This document shows positions 50,656-59,344 of a DNA stretch of 64,000 nucleotides, one piece after another (the stretch's first letter is position 1; every line of letters starts with the position of its first letter). A program made the position numbers and the translations under genes. The stretch is taken from assembly GCA_965216875.1 (NCBI GenBank), contig OZ244207.1, positions 3,488,001 to 3,552,000 on the forward strand, read 5' to 3'. The notes below the pieces were generated by a model. The model had not been told where the DNA came from, made no database searches, and was given only the letters and a program-made list of their open reading frames with translations. The DNA is from Rubripirellula sp. GTDB taxonomy: Bacteria > Planctomycetota > Planctomycetia > Pirellulales > Pirellulaceae.

Positions 50656-50943
50656 TTACTCGGTTGTTGACGTTGGGCCGTGCGATCCGCCATCAACGAA
50701 CATGTGTGTTGATTGCCAATAGTATCGACAGTCCTTGTCTTCGTTCAAACTGTTCAACCTCATGACTTCGTTTTGAGCCTCCCTAGCATCGAAAACGATT
50801 TCTTTGACCTTTACGTTTGCGGGACCCGGTGCAGGCAATGTCTCGCCATCAATTGTGTATTCGTCAACGTGGCCTTCATTTCCCCAGTTGTCGACGCGAA
50901 TGACCGCATAGCCCTGTTTGTAGGTTGGTTGTTGTTCTGACAT
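50656..50943 (-). CDS. Cassette gene: hypothetical protein
   Basis: YAVIRVD...VKEIV.....A..EV.RLN.LN.DK...YYWQ.T. Confidence 0.65.
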   Translation of the reverse strand: MSEQQPTYKQGYAVIRVDNWGNEGHVDEYTIDGETLPAPGPANVKVKEIVFDAREAQNEVMRLNSLNEDKDCRYYWQSTHMFVDGGSHGPTSTTE

Positions 50944-51035
50944 AAGAGCAAGGCGATTTGCGGCAGCGCGGCAAGGGAATCGTAGGCCGCCAAATCGCAT
51001 CTGCGTTGCGTAAACGGAGAATTGAAACCTGGGCC

Positions 51036-51126
51036 AAATAGCGTCACGCGTCACCGGGGCCCGTGAGTTGAGCATCCATTGGAGAAAACCAACCAACGGG
51101 CCTCCGCGTGCACGCGATGGTTACCC
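51036..51126 (-). repeat. attC
   Basis: CGCGTCACCGGGGCCCGT...ACGGGCCTCCGCGTGCACGCG..GTTACCC. Confidence 0.82.
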
Positions 51127-51585
51127 CTTCGGTTTTTTGCGGTGCACGCCAATTTTCTCATGTATTTGATTGGGGTCTTCACCAGTCTGAATGTAATCAT
51201 AAATCAACTTGTCTGGATCGCCGGCGTAACTCCATGTGCGACCGCTGGTCAGACGGACGTAGTCCAAAGGTACGTCTGAGTCTTGAATTTCAGCAATGGT
51301 GACCTCCCAGTCGACGATGATAAACGATTGCAGCTGCTCGAATGTCCAAGCGTAGTGTTCGGGAACGGCGAGACGATCATATTCGTCACGCAGATCGTGC
51401 CATCCAGTTGGCCATTCACCCGAAGTGCGTATGTGATCAATGATGAATATTGCAGTCCAGTCTGAAGCGTATGCTTCACGCGGGTTAGGAAGCACTTGCT
51501 TGACGAACGACAACGCTTTTGCAATTCCGAATGCGGCAATCGCACATGTAGTCAACGCCACGACAGTAATCAAGACGGGTCGCAT
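51121..51585 (-). CDS. Cassette gene: membrane-anchored hypothetical protein
   Basis: N-terminal TM; GEWPTGWHDL; stop inside the attC core. Confidence 0.72.
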   Translation of the reverse strand: MRPVLITVVALTTCAIAAFGIAKALSFVKQVLPNPREAYASDWTAIFIIDHIRTSGEWPTGWHDLRDEYDRLAVPEHYAWTFEQLQSFIIVDWEVTIAEIQDSDVPLDYVRLTSGRTWSYAGDPDKLIYDYIQTGEDPNQIHEKIGVHRKKPKG

Positions 51586-51613
51586 GGAATGTCAGCTCGG
51601 GTGCTCCTAGTTG

Positions 51614-51703
51614 GGGTAACGGCCGCCATCACCGAGCCCGGCCAATGTGGTTTCGATTTGTAATCGCCCCATGCCTTGCTCCGGTGCATGACATGGTTAT
51701 CCG
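51614..51703 (-). repeat. attC
   Basis: GGGTAAC..CATCACCG...CCGGTGCATG..GTTATCC, 90 bp. Confidence 0.88.
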
Positions 51704-51705
51704 CG

Positions 51706-52269
51706 TCATGATTCGAGTATGCGTTCAAGTTCTTCTCTGCGGTCAAGCAACGGAAGAACGCGTTTGCGAAAGTAACGCAAAGTGCGATCATCCAGCTTAA
51801 ACGATCCGCGCAGCATATTACATAACGTCTCGGAATGCTCGTTAATGTACGAAAGCGCGGCCTGGCCATGATCTTTCCGTTGCTCACGATGAAGCCGGAT
51901 TGCGACGTTCAACACGCCTGGACAACATGTGTAGGATCGAGGGAATGCCAATCCACACTTCTCGCACCAATTTACGCCGGCGGGTAAGTATGCGACGCAG
52001 AATACGCCGAGCGCCTCATCACTCGGAATGCTCGGAACAATGTCGTGGAATTCGTGACCAACGCGATCGGAACTGTGGCGAAACAATTCCGTCCCGCATT
52101 GGGAACAACGACCGCCGTTAGAAGTGTACTCGGCAGATTGGAACGATCCGCCACAGACCGAACAGATCGAGCAGACAGGGTAAAGCGCTTCGTACTCGCG
52201 ACGCTCGTCGAGTGTGGCTGTCCCGTCCAAGAGTCTGGTCGCGAGTTGAGTGGCCCGTTCAGTCGGCAT
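51706..52269 (-). CDS. Cassette gene: Cys-rich zinc-finger protein
   Basis: CSVC, CSQC, CEKC, CCP motifs. Confidence 0.68.
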   Translation of the reverse strand: MPTERATQLATRLLDGTATLDERREYEALYPVCSICSVCGGSFQSAEYTSNGGRCSQCGTELFRHSSDRVGHEFHDIVPSIPSDEALGVFCVAYLPAGVNWCEKCGLAFPRSYTCCPGVLNVAIRLHREQRKDHGQAALSYINEHSETLCNMLRGSFKLDDRTLRYFRKRVLPLLDRREELERILES

Positions 52270-52280
52270 CTATCTTGTTC

Positions 52281-52370
52281 GCATAACGTCACAAATCACA
52301 CGGCGGCGACGAAAATCGTGATTTCAAAACAGACTCGGCTTCGCCGCTCGTGTGCATTCGATGGTTATCC
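52281..52370 (-). repeat. attC
   Basis: Minus strand: GGATAAC-5-AATGCACAC...GTGTGATT-6-GTTATGC, 90 bp. Confidence 0.92.
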
Positions 52371-52760
52371 GTCTTTGTCCGAGTTGATGCACGTCTGTTC
52401 CTGCGGTCGACCGAAGCGCACACCAAAAACCACAGTAACAACGCCGAGAGGAATAGCCAATCCGAATAATGGTGAGAGGGCTGGGATCGAAACCCCAAGC
52501 CCAAGCGCGGCACAAAGATGTGCACTAGGACTGCGAAACAATTGTACCGAGCCGATGATGGTAGCTGCACTCAGTAGGACGCCGGCGAGATGTACGAATA
52601 GTCCAATTGCGTGGGCTCCTTGAGTCGAGACAATTTCGATGTTGCGGAGGGCGACAGCGAAGCCAGCCGTGTTTCGAGAGTAAACGACCCAGAAGCCGCC
52701 AAGATGAGCCAACAGACCAAGCACGGCAGTCATCAAAATCGCAACGGAAATAATCCTCAT
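52365..52760 (-). CDS. Cassette gene: membrane protein
   Basis: 3-4 TM segments; stop inside the attC core. Confidence 0.65.
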   Translation of the reverse strand: MRIISVAILMTAVLGLLAHLGGFWVVYSRNTAGFAVALRNIEIVSTQGAHAIGLFVHLAGVLLSAATIIGSVQLFRSPSAHLCAALGLGVSIPALSPLFGLAIPLGVVTVVFGVRFGRPQEQTCINSDKDG

Positions 52761-52856
52761 GACGATCAGGCGGTAAGTGGAATCGAGCGTACTATTCTGA
52801 CCATGTCACGAACGGAGCTTGGAAAACGATGAGCCGTTCAATACTCACGCGCGAAC

Positions 52857-52946
52857 GGATAACGACTAGGATCAGCGGTGACCGGGAGTTCAGCATCCAT
52901 TCGTGAAAGCTGGCCACCGGTCCTCAGGTGCATCCGAGGGTTATCC
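52857..52946 (-). repeat. attC
   Basis: GGATAAC..GGATCA..GACCGG...CCGGTC..TGCATCC..GTTATCC, 90 bp. Confidence 0.88.
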
Positions 52947-53540
52947 AATATGCCCAACGCACTCCTCGAACAAATTGCAATACTCAGGGATCAGCGAGAC
53001 AGTTCGATCGTTCCATTCTTCAGCAAAGCTCGCCGTGAAAGTATGCCAAAGACTGTCGTCTTCAAACTTTTTGTAATACGCGGGACGCCAGTACTCAACG
53101 GGCGATGCCTCGACGAATAGTGATTGCGTCACTGCAAAACGGAAAAAGTCAAATCGAAAGGAGGCAGTACTGCGAGCCGCAACGCTCGGAGTGTAAAAAT
53201 CGTATCGAATGACGCCCAGGATCTCGGGTTCCGAATCATGAAGATGACGTTGTTGCTCGATTGCACTCTTCAAATCGGGGTTTGCATCCAGCACTTGTGG
53301 CGGGCGGATGGACAACTTCGTCGTTGCGAAGTGACCGTCGCCATGCCACTGTAGTTTTTTGCCGAACCCCAATGCGAATCTCTCGACTTCGGAAACGACC
53401 TGGGAGTCAATCGGGTATTCCAACCTGTCCCATATTCGACGCACGCAAGCAACCGCGAAAAGGCGTAGCGGGTTATCGGGAACTGTCCCATGTACCGCAT
53501 CGAGCAGTTGTCCAAGCGGAGAAGACGAAATGGGAAGCAT
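52941..53540 (-). CDS. Cassette gene: hypothetical protein (LRLFAVAC.RR.W type)
   Basis: 199 aa; stop inside the attC core. Confidence 0.68.
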   Translation of the reverse strand: MLPISSSPLGQLLDAVHGTVPDNPLRLFAVACVRRIWDRLEYPIDSQVVSEVERFALGFGKKLQWHGDGHFATTKLSIRPPQVLDANPDLKSAIEQQRHLHDSEPEILGVIRYDFYTPSVAARSTASFRFDFFRFAVTQSLFVEASPVEYWRPAYYKKFEDDSLWHTFTASFAEEWNDRTVSLIPEYCNLFEECVGHIG

Positions 53541-53596
53541 GTGAGTACTCTTGTTTACCGCAAACCCAGATTTCAGCGACGAGCACGACTCTCATC

Positions 53597-53688
53597 GGAT
53601 AACGGCCCGGCATCACGGGGCACGAAGAGTTGACTATCCATTGGGAATAACGACGCAAGCCGTGCTCCCGTGCATGTCATTGTTCTGC
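53597..53688 (-). repeat. attC (head-proximal)
   Basis: GGATAAC..GCATCACGGGGCACG...CGTGCTCCCGTGCATG..GTTCTGC, 92 bp. Confidence 0.92.
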
Positions 53689-54168
53689 TCGTTCTTCTGA
53701 CCGGATGAGCTTCGCAAGTCGGTCAATCGTAGATCGAGACGAAAATGTGGCCAGGAAATCGTCTAAGAGCGTCGGGGCAACGTCCGCGTCAATTGTAGTG
53801 TAGTCGCCATCCGAAATTTGAATCAATTTCTGGGAGGCGGGCAGCTCGACAATGCGATCCTTCAGTTCGATCGTTGCAGAGGATTCGTAGTCACTGCCGG
53901 ACGAGGTGACAGTGAAAAGAGACGTCAGTTCCCGTCGTACAGAAAGTCGTTCTATGACAACAAAGTCAACGGTGTCCAAGGTTGGGTCATGCTTGTGCCG
54001 CCTAATCCCGGTGTGAATCATTGCAATCCCGTTTGCATCGCTTGTGGATCGCGTAGTGATGTCTCGCGGGTGGAACGGTTGATACGGATTGTTTGCGATG
54101 TAGATCGCAGCAACTGCGGTCAACATTAGCAGTGAAGCAATCGAGAACCGGAACCGATGCAATTTCAT
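53677..54168 (-). CDS. First cassette gene: membrane-anchored hypothetical protein
   Basis: RFRFSIASLLMLT leader; ATG 5 nt from the boundary core. Confidence 0.72.
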   Translation of the reverse strand: MKLHRFRFSIASLLMLTAVAAIYIANNPYQPFHPRDITTRSTSDANGIAMIHTGIRRHKHDPTLDTVDFVVIERLSVRRELTSLFTVTSSGSDYESSATIELKDRIVELPASQKLIQISDGDYTTIDADVAPTLLDDFLATFSSRSTIDRLAKLIRSEERAEQ

Positions 54169-54173
54169 TGCGT

Positions 54174-54343
54174 AGCAGAATTTATCTATTAGCTGTTGAA
54201 CGGGTGAGAATACGGCGTGCTGGCTGTTCTCACTGGGTGGACCTTCGGTACGGTCGGTGACACGCGCCTTGATCCTCGTATTCTCACTTGTCGCTCCAGT
54301 ATTCTCACCGGTTAGGTGGCAACCACTCTGGGGGCATTCTCAC
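54174..54343 (-). promoter_or_regulatory. Putative attI region with five (GT)ATTCTCAC motifs
   Basis: Boundary core AGCAGAAT at 54174-54181; motif at 54204 (inverted), 54226, 54278, 54299 and 54334. Confidence 0.55.
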
Positions 54344-54364
54344 CGTCGGCCTTTGGGTTGTCAA
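54336..54364 (-). promoter_or_regulatory. Putative cassette promoter Pc
   Basis: TTGACA-17 nt-GAGAAT on the minus strand, pointing into the array. Confidence 0.6.
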
Positions 54365-54544
54365 ATTTTGAATCGCTTCCTGTGAATAGGGGTGTCGCGG
54401 TATCGGAGTCAATCACCGCGAATGGGGCATGTTCTTATGCCGCTTTTTGAGCGAGAGGGACGCAAGGATCGCGACTCAAAATGGGCGAAGATTTGGTTTG
54501 GCAAGCTCGCGAGATGCCACAACAAGGAAGAGTGTCCTGGGGAA

Positions 54545-55510
54545 TGATTGGCCACGAAAACGCAAGAAGACACAAAAGGAAGAACGTCGCGATTCGTGTG
54601 CTGGGCTTCTTGTGCTTTTTTGTGTTTCTTGTGGCTAACTCATTGGGCAAAAAAGAGAAACCACGAATTGAACGAATGACACGAATGGGGTTAGCGGGAG
54701 GACGAGGCTCCTGCAGAGATTCCTGGGGAATGGGTGGCCACGAAAAACGCAAGAAGACACAAAAGGGAAGGGTGGGGCCCGGCCGCATAGGCGTTCGCGG
54801 ATCACTGAGGTTCGACCACCTTCTGGCGAAGGTAGCTACGGATGCGCGAGTGTATTTAGGGCTCAGGGATTGTGCCGGATCGGTGTCGCTTTCGCTCCTT
54901 GATGCCGGCCTACAACTACGGATAGGTGAGTAAGAATAGGGCCCGCGGCTAGCGCCGTCGGCTCAGGGGTTGGGTGCCGAGATTCTTGTGGGAAGACTGG
55001 CCACGAGATACACGAGGAGACACAGGTATTCTTGCGATGGGCTTTTTGTGCTTTTTCGTGTTTCTTGTGGCTAACTCATTGGGCAAAAAAGAGAAACCAC
55101 GAATCGAACGAATGACACGAATGGGGTTAGCGGGAGAGCGAGGCTCCTGTAGAGAGTCCTGGGGATTGGGTGGCCACGAAAAACACGAGAAGACACAAAA
55201 GGGAAGGGTGGGGCCCGGCCGCTTATGCGTTCGCGGCTCACTGGGATTCGACCACCTTCTGGCGAAGGTAGCTACGGGTGCGCGAGGAGAAGCAAGGCCC
55301 GCGGCTAGCGCCGTCGGCTCAGGAGGGTGGGTAAAGAGAGGATAGGGTCCGGCCGCTTACGCGTTCGCGGCTCACTGGGATTCGACCACCTTCTGGCGAA
55401 GGTAGCTACGGATGCGCGAGGAAATGTAGGGCCCGCGGCTAGCGCCGTCGGCTCAGGAGCGTGGGCAGAGAGGGGGTAGGGCCCGCGGCTAGCGCCTTCG
55501 GCTCAGGTGT
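54545..55510. repeat. Repeat mosaic: ~250 bp block duplicated at ~435 bp offset, CCACGAA..CACGAA-type repeats, REP families B and D
   Basis: 54603-54850 matches 55038-55285; CACCTTCTGGCGAAGGTAGCTACG x3; GGCCCGCGGCTAGCGCC.TCGGCTCAG x4. Confidence 0.85.
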
Positions 55511-55537
55511 GTGGGTGATGCGCTTGGTCGTGCCGGC

Positions 55538-55657
55538 CTACGCCTTGCTCTCGGATTTCTTGACGATGAAGACGACGATCGCCGCGATCGCCACTGGTAC
55601 TGCGACGAATGAAATCGCCACCGCGGCGATGATCACCAATTCTAGCGGTCCAGGCAT
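55538..55657 (-). CDS. Small membrane protein (39 aa), not in the ORF track
   Basis: MPGPLELVIIAAVAISFVAVPVAIAAIVVFIVKKSESKA; GGAG RBS upstream. Confidence 0.65.
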   Translation of the reverse strand: MPGPLELVIIAAVAISFVAVPVAIAAIVVFIVKKSESKA

Positions 55658-55749
55658 GACATACTCCAAGTAGTTCGTAGGGAAGTCGACCCGTCTGTAG
55701 CTACATTCGCTCGAAGGTAGCTACTCTTGTGTTGGGTGAGTCAGAAACC

Positions 55750-55820
55750 GGAAGATTCCGGCGAAAGCTCGGTACCACGAACAGTCAGAAGATTCCGGCT
55801 AAAGCTCGGTACTACAAACG
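55750..55820. repeat. Two tandem REP family C-like elements
   Basis: GAAGATTCCGGC(G/T)AAAGCTCGGTAC(C/T)AC(G/A)AAC twice. Confidence 0.7.
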
Positions 55821-55821
55821 G

Positions 55822-57081
55822 CTATTCTTCGTCCGATGCGGCCTCTTCGGCATCGCCTTCGGATTCACCAGCGTCCGCTGTCTCTTCTTCCTTCTCTTCG
55901 ATTGGCGGCCCAAGCTGCTCCTCGAGCAATTCATCAAGGGCACGTCCTCGCGCGCGGAGCGAAAGCACTTTGCCGTCTTTGTCGACGAGGATCGCCGTTG
56001 GGATTCCCGAAACGCCATAGTAGGTTGCCAGTGGATGATCCCATCCCTTCTCGCCATCCTTTTCGGACCGCAGATTCACCCAATCAATTTCGCGATCTTT
56101 GACCAGCTTCTGGTAAGCGCCTTCACGATCATCCAGGTTGACGCCGACGATCGCGAACCCTTTTTCGCCATAGCCCTTCAAGGCGCGTTTCATGTTCGGG
56201 ATCTCTGCCAAACAAGGACCGCACCAGCTTGCCCAAAAGTCCACCAGGACCACCTTGCCACGGTAAGCACTCCAATCAAACTCATCGCCATCGGCGGTGG
56301 TGCCCATGACTTCCATGAAGTTGCCGGGCAGACGCAAACGCCGCGCGGCGCCAAGCATCTTGGGTGCACGGGTCTTGATTTGTTTGTCTTCCGAAGCTTC
56401 CATCCACGACGACATTTCTTCGTAAAGCTCGGCAGCGATTTCGGTGTTGTCGGTGTAACCGATCGAGCGAGCCAAACCTGCCGCCAGCCCATAGCCGTCG
56501 CGATCCAATTTGCCGTCGACCAATTCACGCAGTTCCGAAACGAGCTCTCTTTGACCATCGGCATCGAGCTGTGCGACCGTCATCACCTTTGCTTCGAAGA
56601 GAACAAACTTGGCCCGACGCGCGATCGCCTCTTTTGGATGCTCGAGCAGTTCCTTGGCGAGGTCCTGCAGTTTTTGTCGCGACTCTCTCTCGTAACGCGA
56701 CAACATTTTGAGTGCGCCGAGCTGATCGGTGATCGCCTGCTCTTCCTGTTCGTCGGTCAAACCATCCGCACCACGCATCGCGACCGCACCCTCAATGATC
56801 GCATTTTGCATCTTCTTGAAATCGGGAAGCGACCGAGGACGCATCTTCTTGATGCCAGAGATAAACTCACCCAACTCTTCAACCGAGGCACCCTCGGGCA
56901 CCTTGTAAGGATCCACCTCTTCCTCAGGCTTCTCGTCTTTGGCTTCGGCTGCTGCCTCTTCGCCGGCGTCGGTCGCCTCCTGGCTCCATACAGACATAGG
57001 CGTCAAAGAGAAAACGAACACTGCTGCTGAAAGCACCAGCAGACAGCGCATGGTGTGATGGAACGAAAGGAGGGATTTCAT
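55822..57081 (-). CDS. TlpA/ResA-like thiol-disulfide oxidoreductase
   Basis: GKVVLVDFWASWCGPC, YGVSGIPTAILVDKDG; signal peptide. Confidence 0.9.
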   Translation of the reverse strand: MKSLLSFHHTMRCLLVLSAAVFVFSLTPMSVWSQEATDAGEEAAAEAKDEKPEEEVDPYKVPEGASVEELGEFISGIKKMRPRSLPDFKKMQNAIIEGAVAMRGADGLTDEQEEQAITDQLGALKMLSRYERESRQKLQDLAKELLEHPKEAIARRAKFVLFEAKVMTVAQLDADGQRELVSELRELVDGKLDRDGYGLAAGLARSIGYTDNTEIAAELYEEMSSWMEASEDKQIKTRAPKMLGAARRLRLPGNFMEVMGTTADGDEFDWSAYRGKVVLVDFWASWCGPCLAEIPNMKRALKGYGEKGFAIVGVNLDDREGAYQKLVKDREIDWVNLRSEKDGEKGWDHPLATYYGVSGIPTAILVDKDGKVLSLRARGRALDELLEEQLGPPIEEKEEETADAGESEGDAEEAASDEE

Positions 57082-57217
57082 CGACAAAACCTTGGAGAGT
57101 GTTTTGGAGCCAAACGATTTAGGTGGGTTTGTACCGCCAGAGCGATTTTGCAATTTACCACCCGCGAGAACCGGCCGCAAATTTCAGCATCAAAGGCGCC
57201 GTGGCCGAGTGTTTTTT

Positions 57218-57418
57218 GTAGTGGACGAGGCTACGAGTCCTCAGTTTTTAGTCGAGGACGTTGCATGTTTCGCGATTGGCGGCGAATCGAGAGGTGCGAA
57301 TGGCCTCGTAAGGATGCCGGGAAGAGGTAGAGGTAGAGTGAGGAAGAGGGACTCGTGGCCTCGTCCACTACGGAGATGGAGGAACGGATGAGGAGGGACT
57401 CGTGGCCTCGTCCACTGC
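57218..57418. repeat. REP family A cluster (one forward, two inverted)
   Basis: Copies at 57218, 57349 and 57396. Confidence 0.85.
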
Positions 57419-57428
57419 GGAGGATGCG

Positions 57429-58049
57429 TTACTTTTCGCTGGCGTTGTAGATTGCTGGATTGAGCGAGGGGTCGTTGTACATCTTCATTTGCCGGTAGGT
57501 CTTGTGCTGTTTCTTTCCGGCAAAGATGGCGTCGATCAATTCCTGCAGCGATTGTGACAAGTCAGCATGTTGCTGCTGGCAAAGCGCAATACGATCGGCA
57601 ACCTTTTGCCTATGCTCGGCGTCGGCGTCAGCGCGATCGTGCTGTTCTTGGTAGTGATAAAGGCGAAGCGACATGATCGACAGGCGATCGATGGCACTAC
57701 CAGGAGTCTCGGTGTTGATCGGTGCGCCGTCGGCAGGGGTGATCCCGCCCGCATCAAGAACTTCGGTCAACGCATCATCGACCTTTTCGATCATGTCATT
57801 GCGTTGCTGATTGAGCTTGTCGATCGCGCGCTTGACATTGGCGATCTCTTCGTCCGTTGCCGAAGGACTGCGCGCCGTATCCTCTTCGTGCCAAAGACGG
57901 TAATTGAACTCGTGCTGCTTACAAACGAGTTGCTTGAAGCCGTCGTACTCGTTAGCGATCGGTTGCTGATGCCACAACGCGACGGTATCGATTTGCAGCT
58001 GGGTCAATTCGCTGACGGGTGGGATACTGGATGCCGCCGACATCATCAA
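57429..58049 (-). CDS. DUF4254-like protein
   Basis: LWHEED.AR, KRAIDKLNQQRND, TETPGSAIDRLSI, YRQMKMYNDP.LNP. Confidence 0.85.
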   Translation of the reverse strand: MMMSAASSIPPVSELTQLQIDTVALWHQQPIANEYDGFKQLVCKQHEFNYRLWHEEDTARSPSATDEEIANVKRAIDKLNQQRNDMIEKVDDALTEVLDAGGITPADGAPINTETPGSAIDRLSIMSLRLYHYQEQHDRADADAEHRQKVADRIALCQQQHADLSQSLQELIDAIFAGKKQHKTYRQMKMYNDPSLNPAIYNASEK

Positions 58050-58197
58050 ACTCCGTTTTGGATGGGAAAGCTGATCGCCTACTTGGGCAGCCAGATCATC
58101 AAGCGGCCCAAAGCGTTACCCGTAAAAGTATATCGGCGGCCGAGGGCCGCCGATACAAGTCATTCAAATGGGGGCCACCAAGTGGCCAGAGCCGGAT

Positions 58198-59205
<1,008 letters not shown>

Positions 59206-59344
59206 GAATGAAGTATCTTTGTTTGAGTGTTGAGAGGGACGTGAGAGGCCGAGCGATCAGGCCTCTCGATGGAGCGTGTTTGGTCAGATCGATCGATGTC
59301 GACCGGCAGCGGGACTGCCGTCGTATTCCCGAGATGACAGCAGC

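Larger units (their letters stand above)
33133..54370 (-). mobile_element. Integron-type gene cassette array with an attI-like head and no integrase in the window (CALIN-like)
   Basis: About 30 co-oriented unrelated ORFs separated by about 34 attC-like imperfect palindromes; matched cassette boundary cores. Confidence 0.9.

Noticed and set aside
33900..53700. Intergenic palindromes as simple terminators or REPs
   Set aside because: No U-tracts, conserved AAC/GTT cores with 5/6 nt spacers, asymmetric extra bases and cassette-matched boundaries fit attC instead
54429..55345. ORFs of 69-150 aa in the repeat mosaic
   Set aside because: They are translations of duplicated repeats and occur on both strands
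55729..57030. 433 aa plus-strand ORF near the array head, considered as a possible integrase
   Set aside because: Antisense shadow of the TlpA gene; no tyrosine-recombinase motifs
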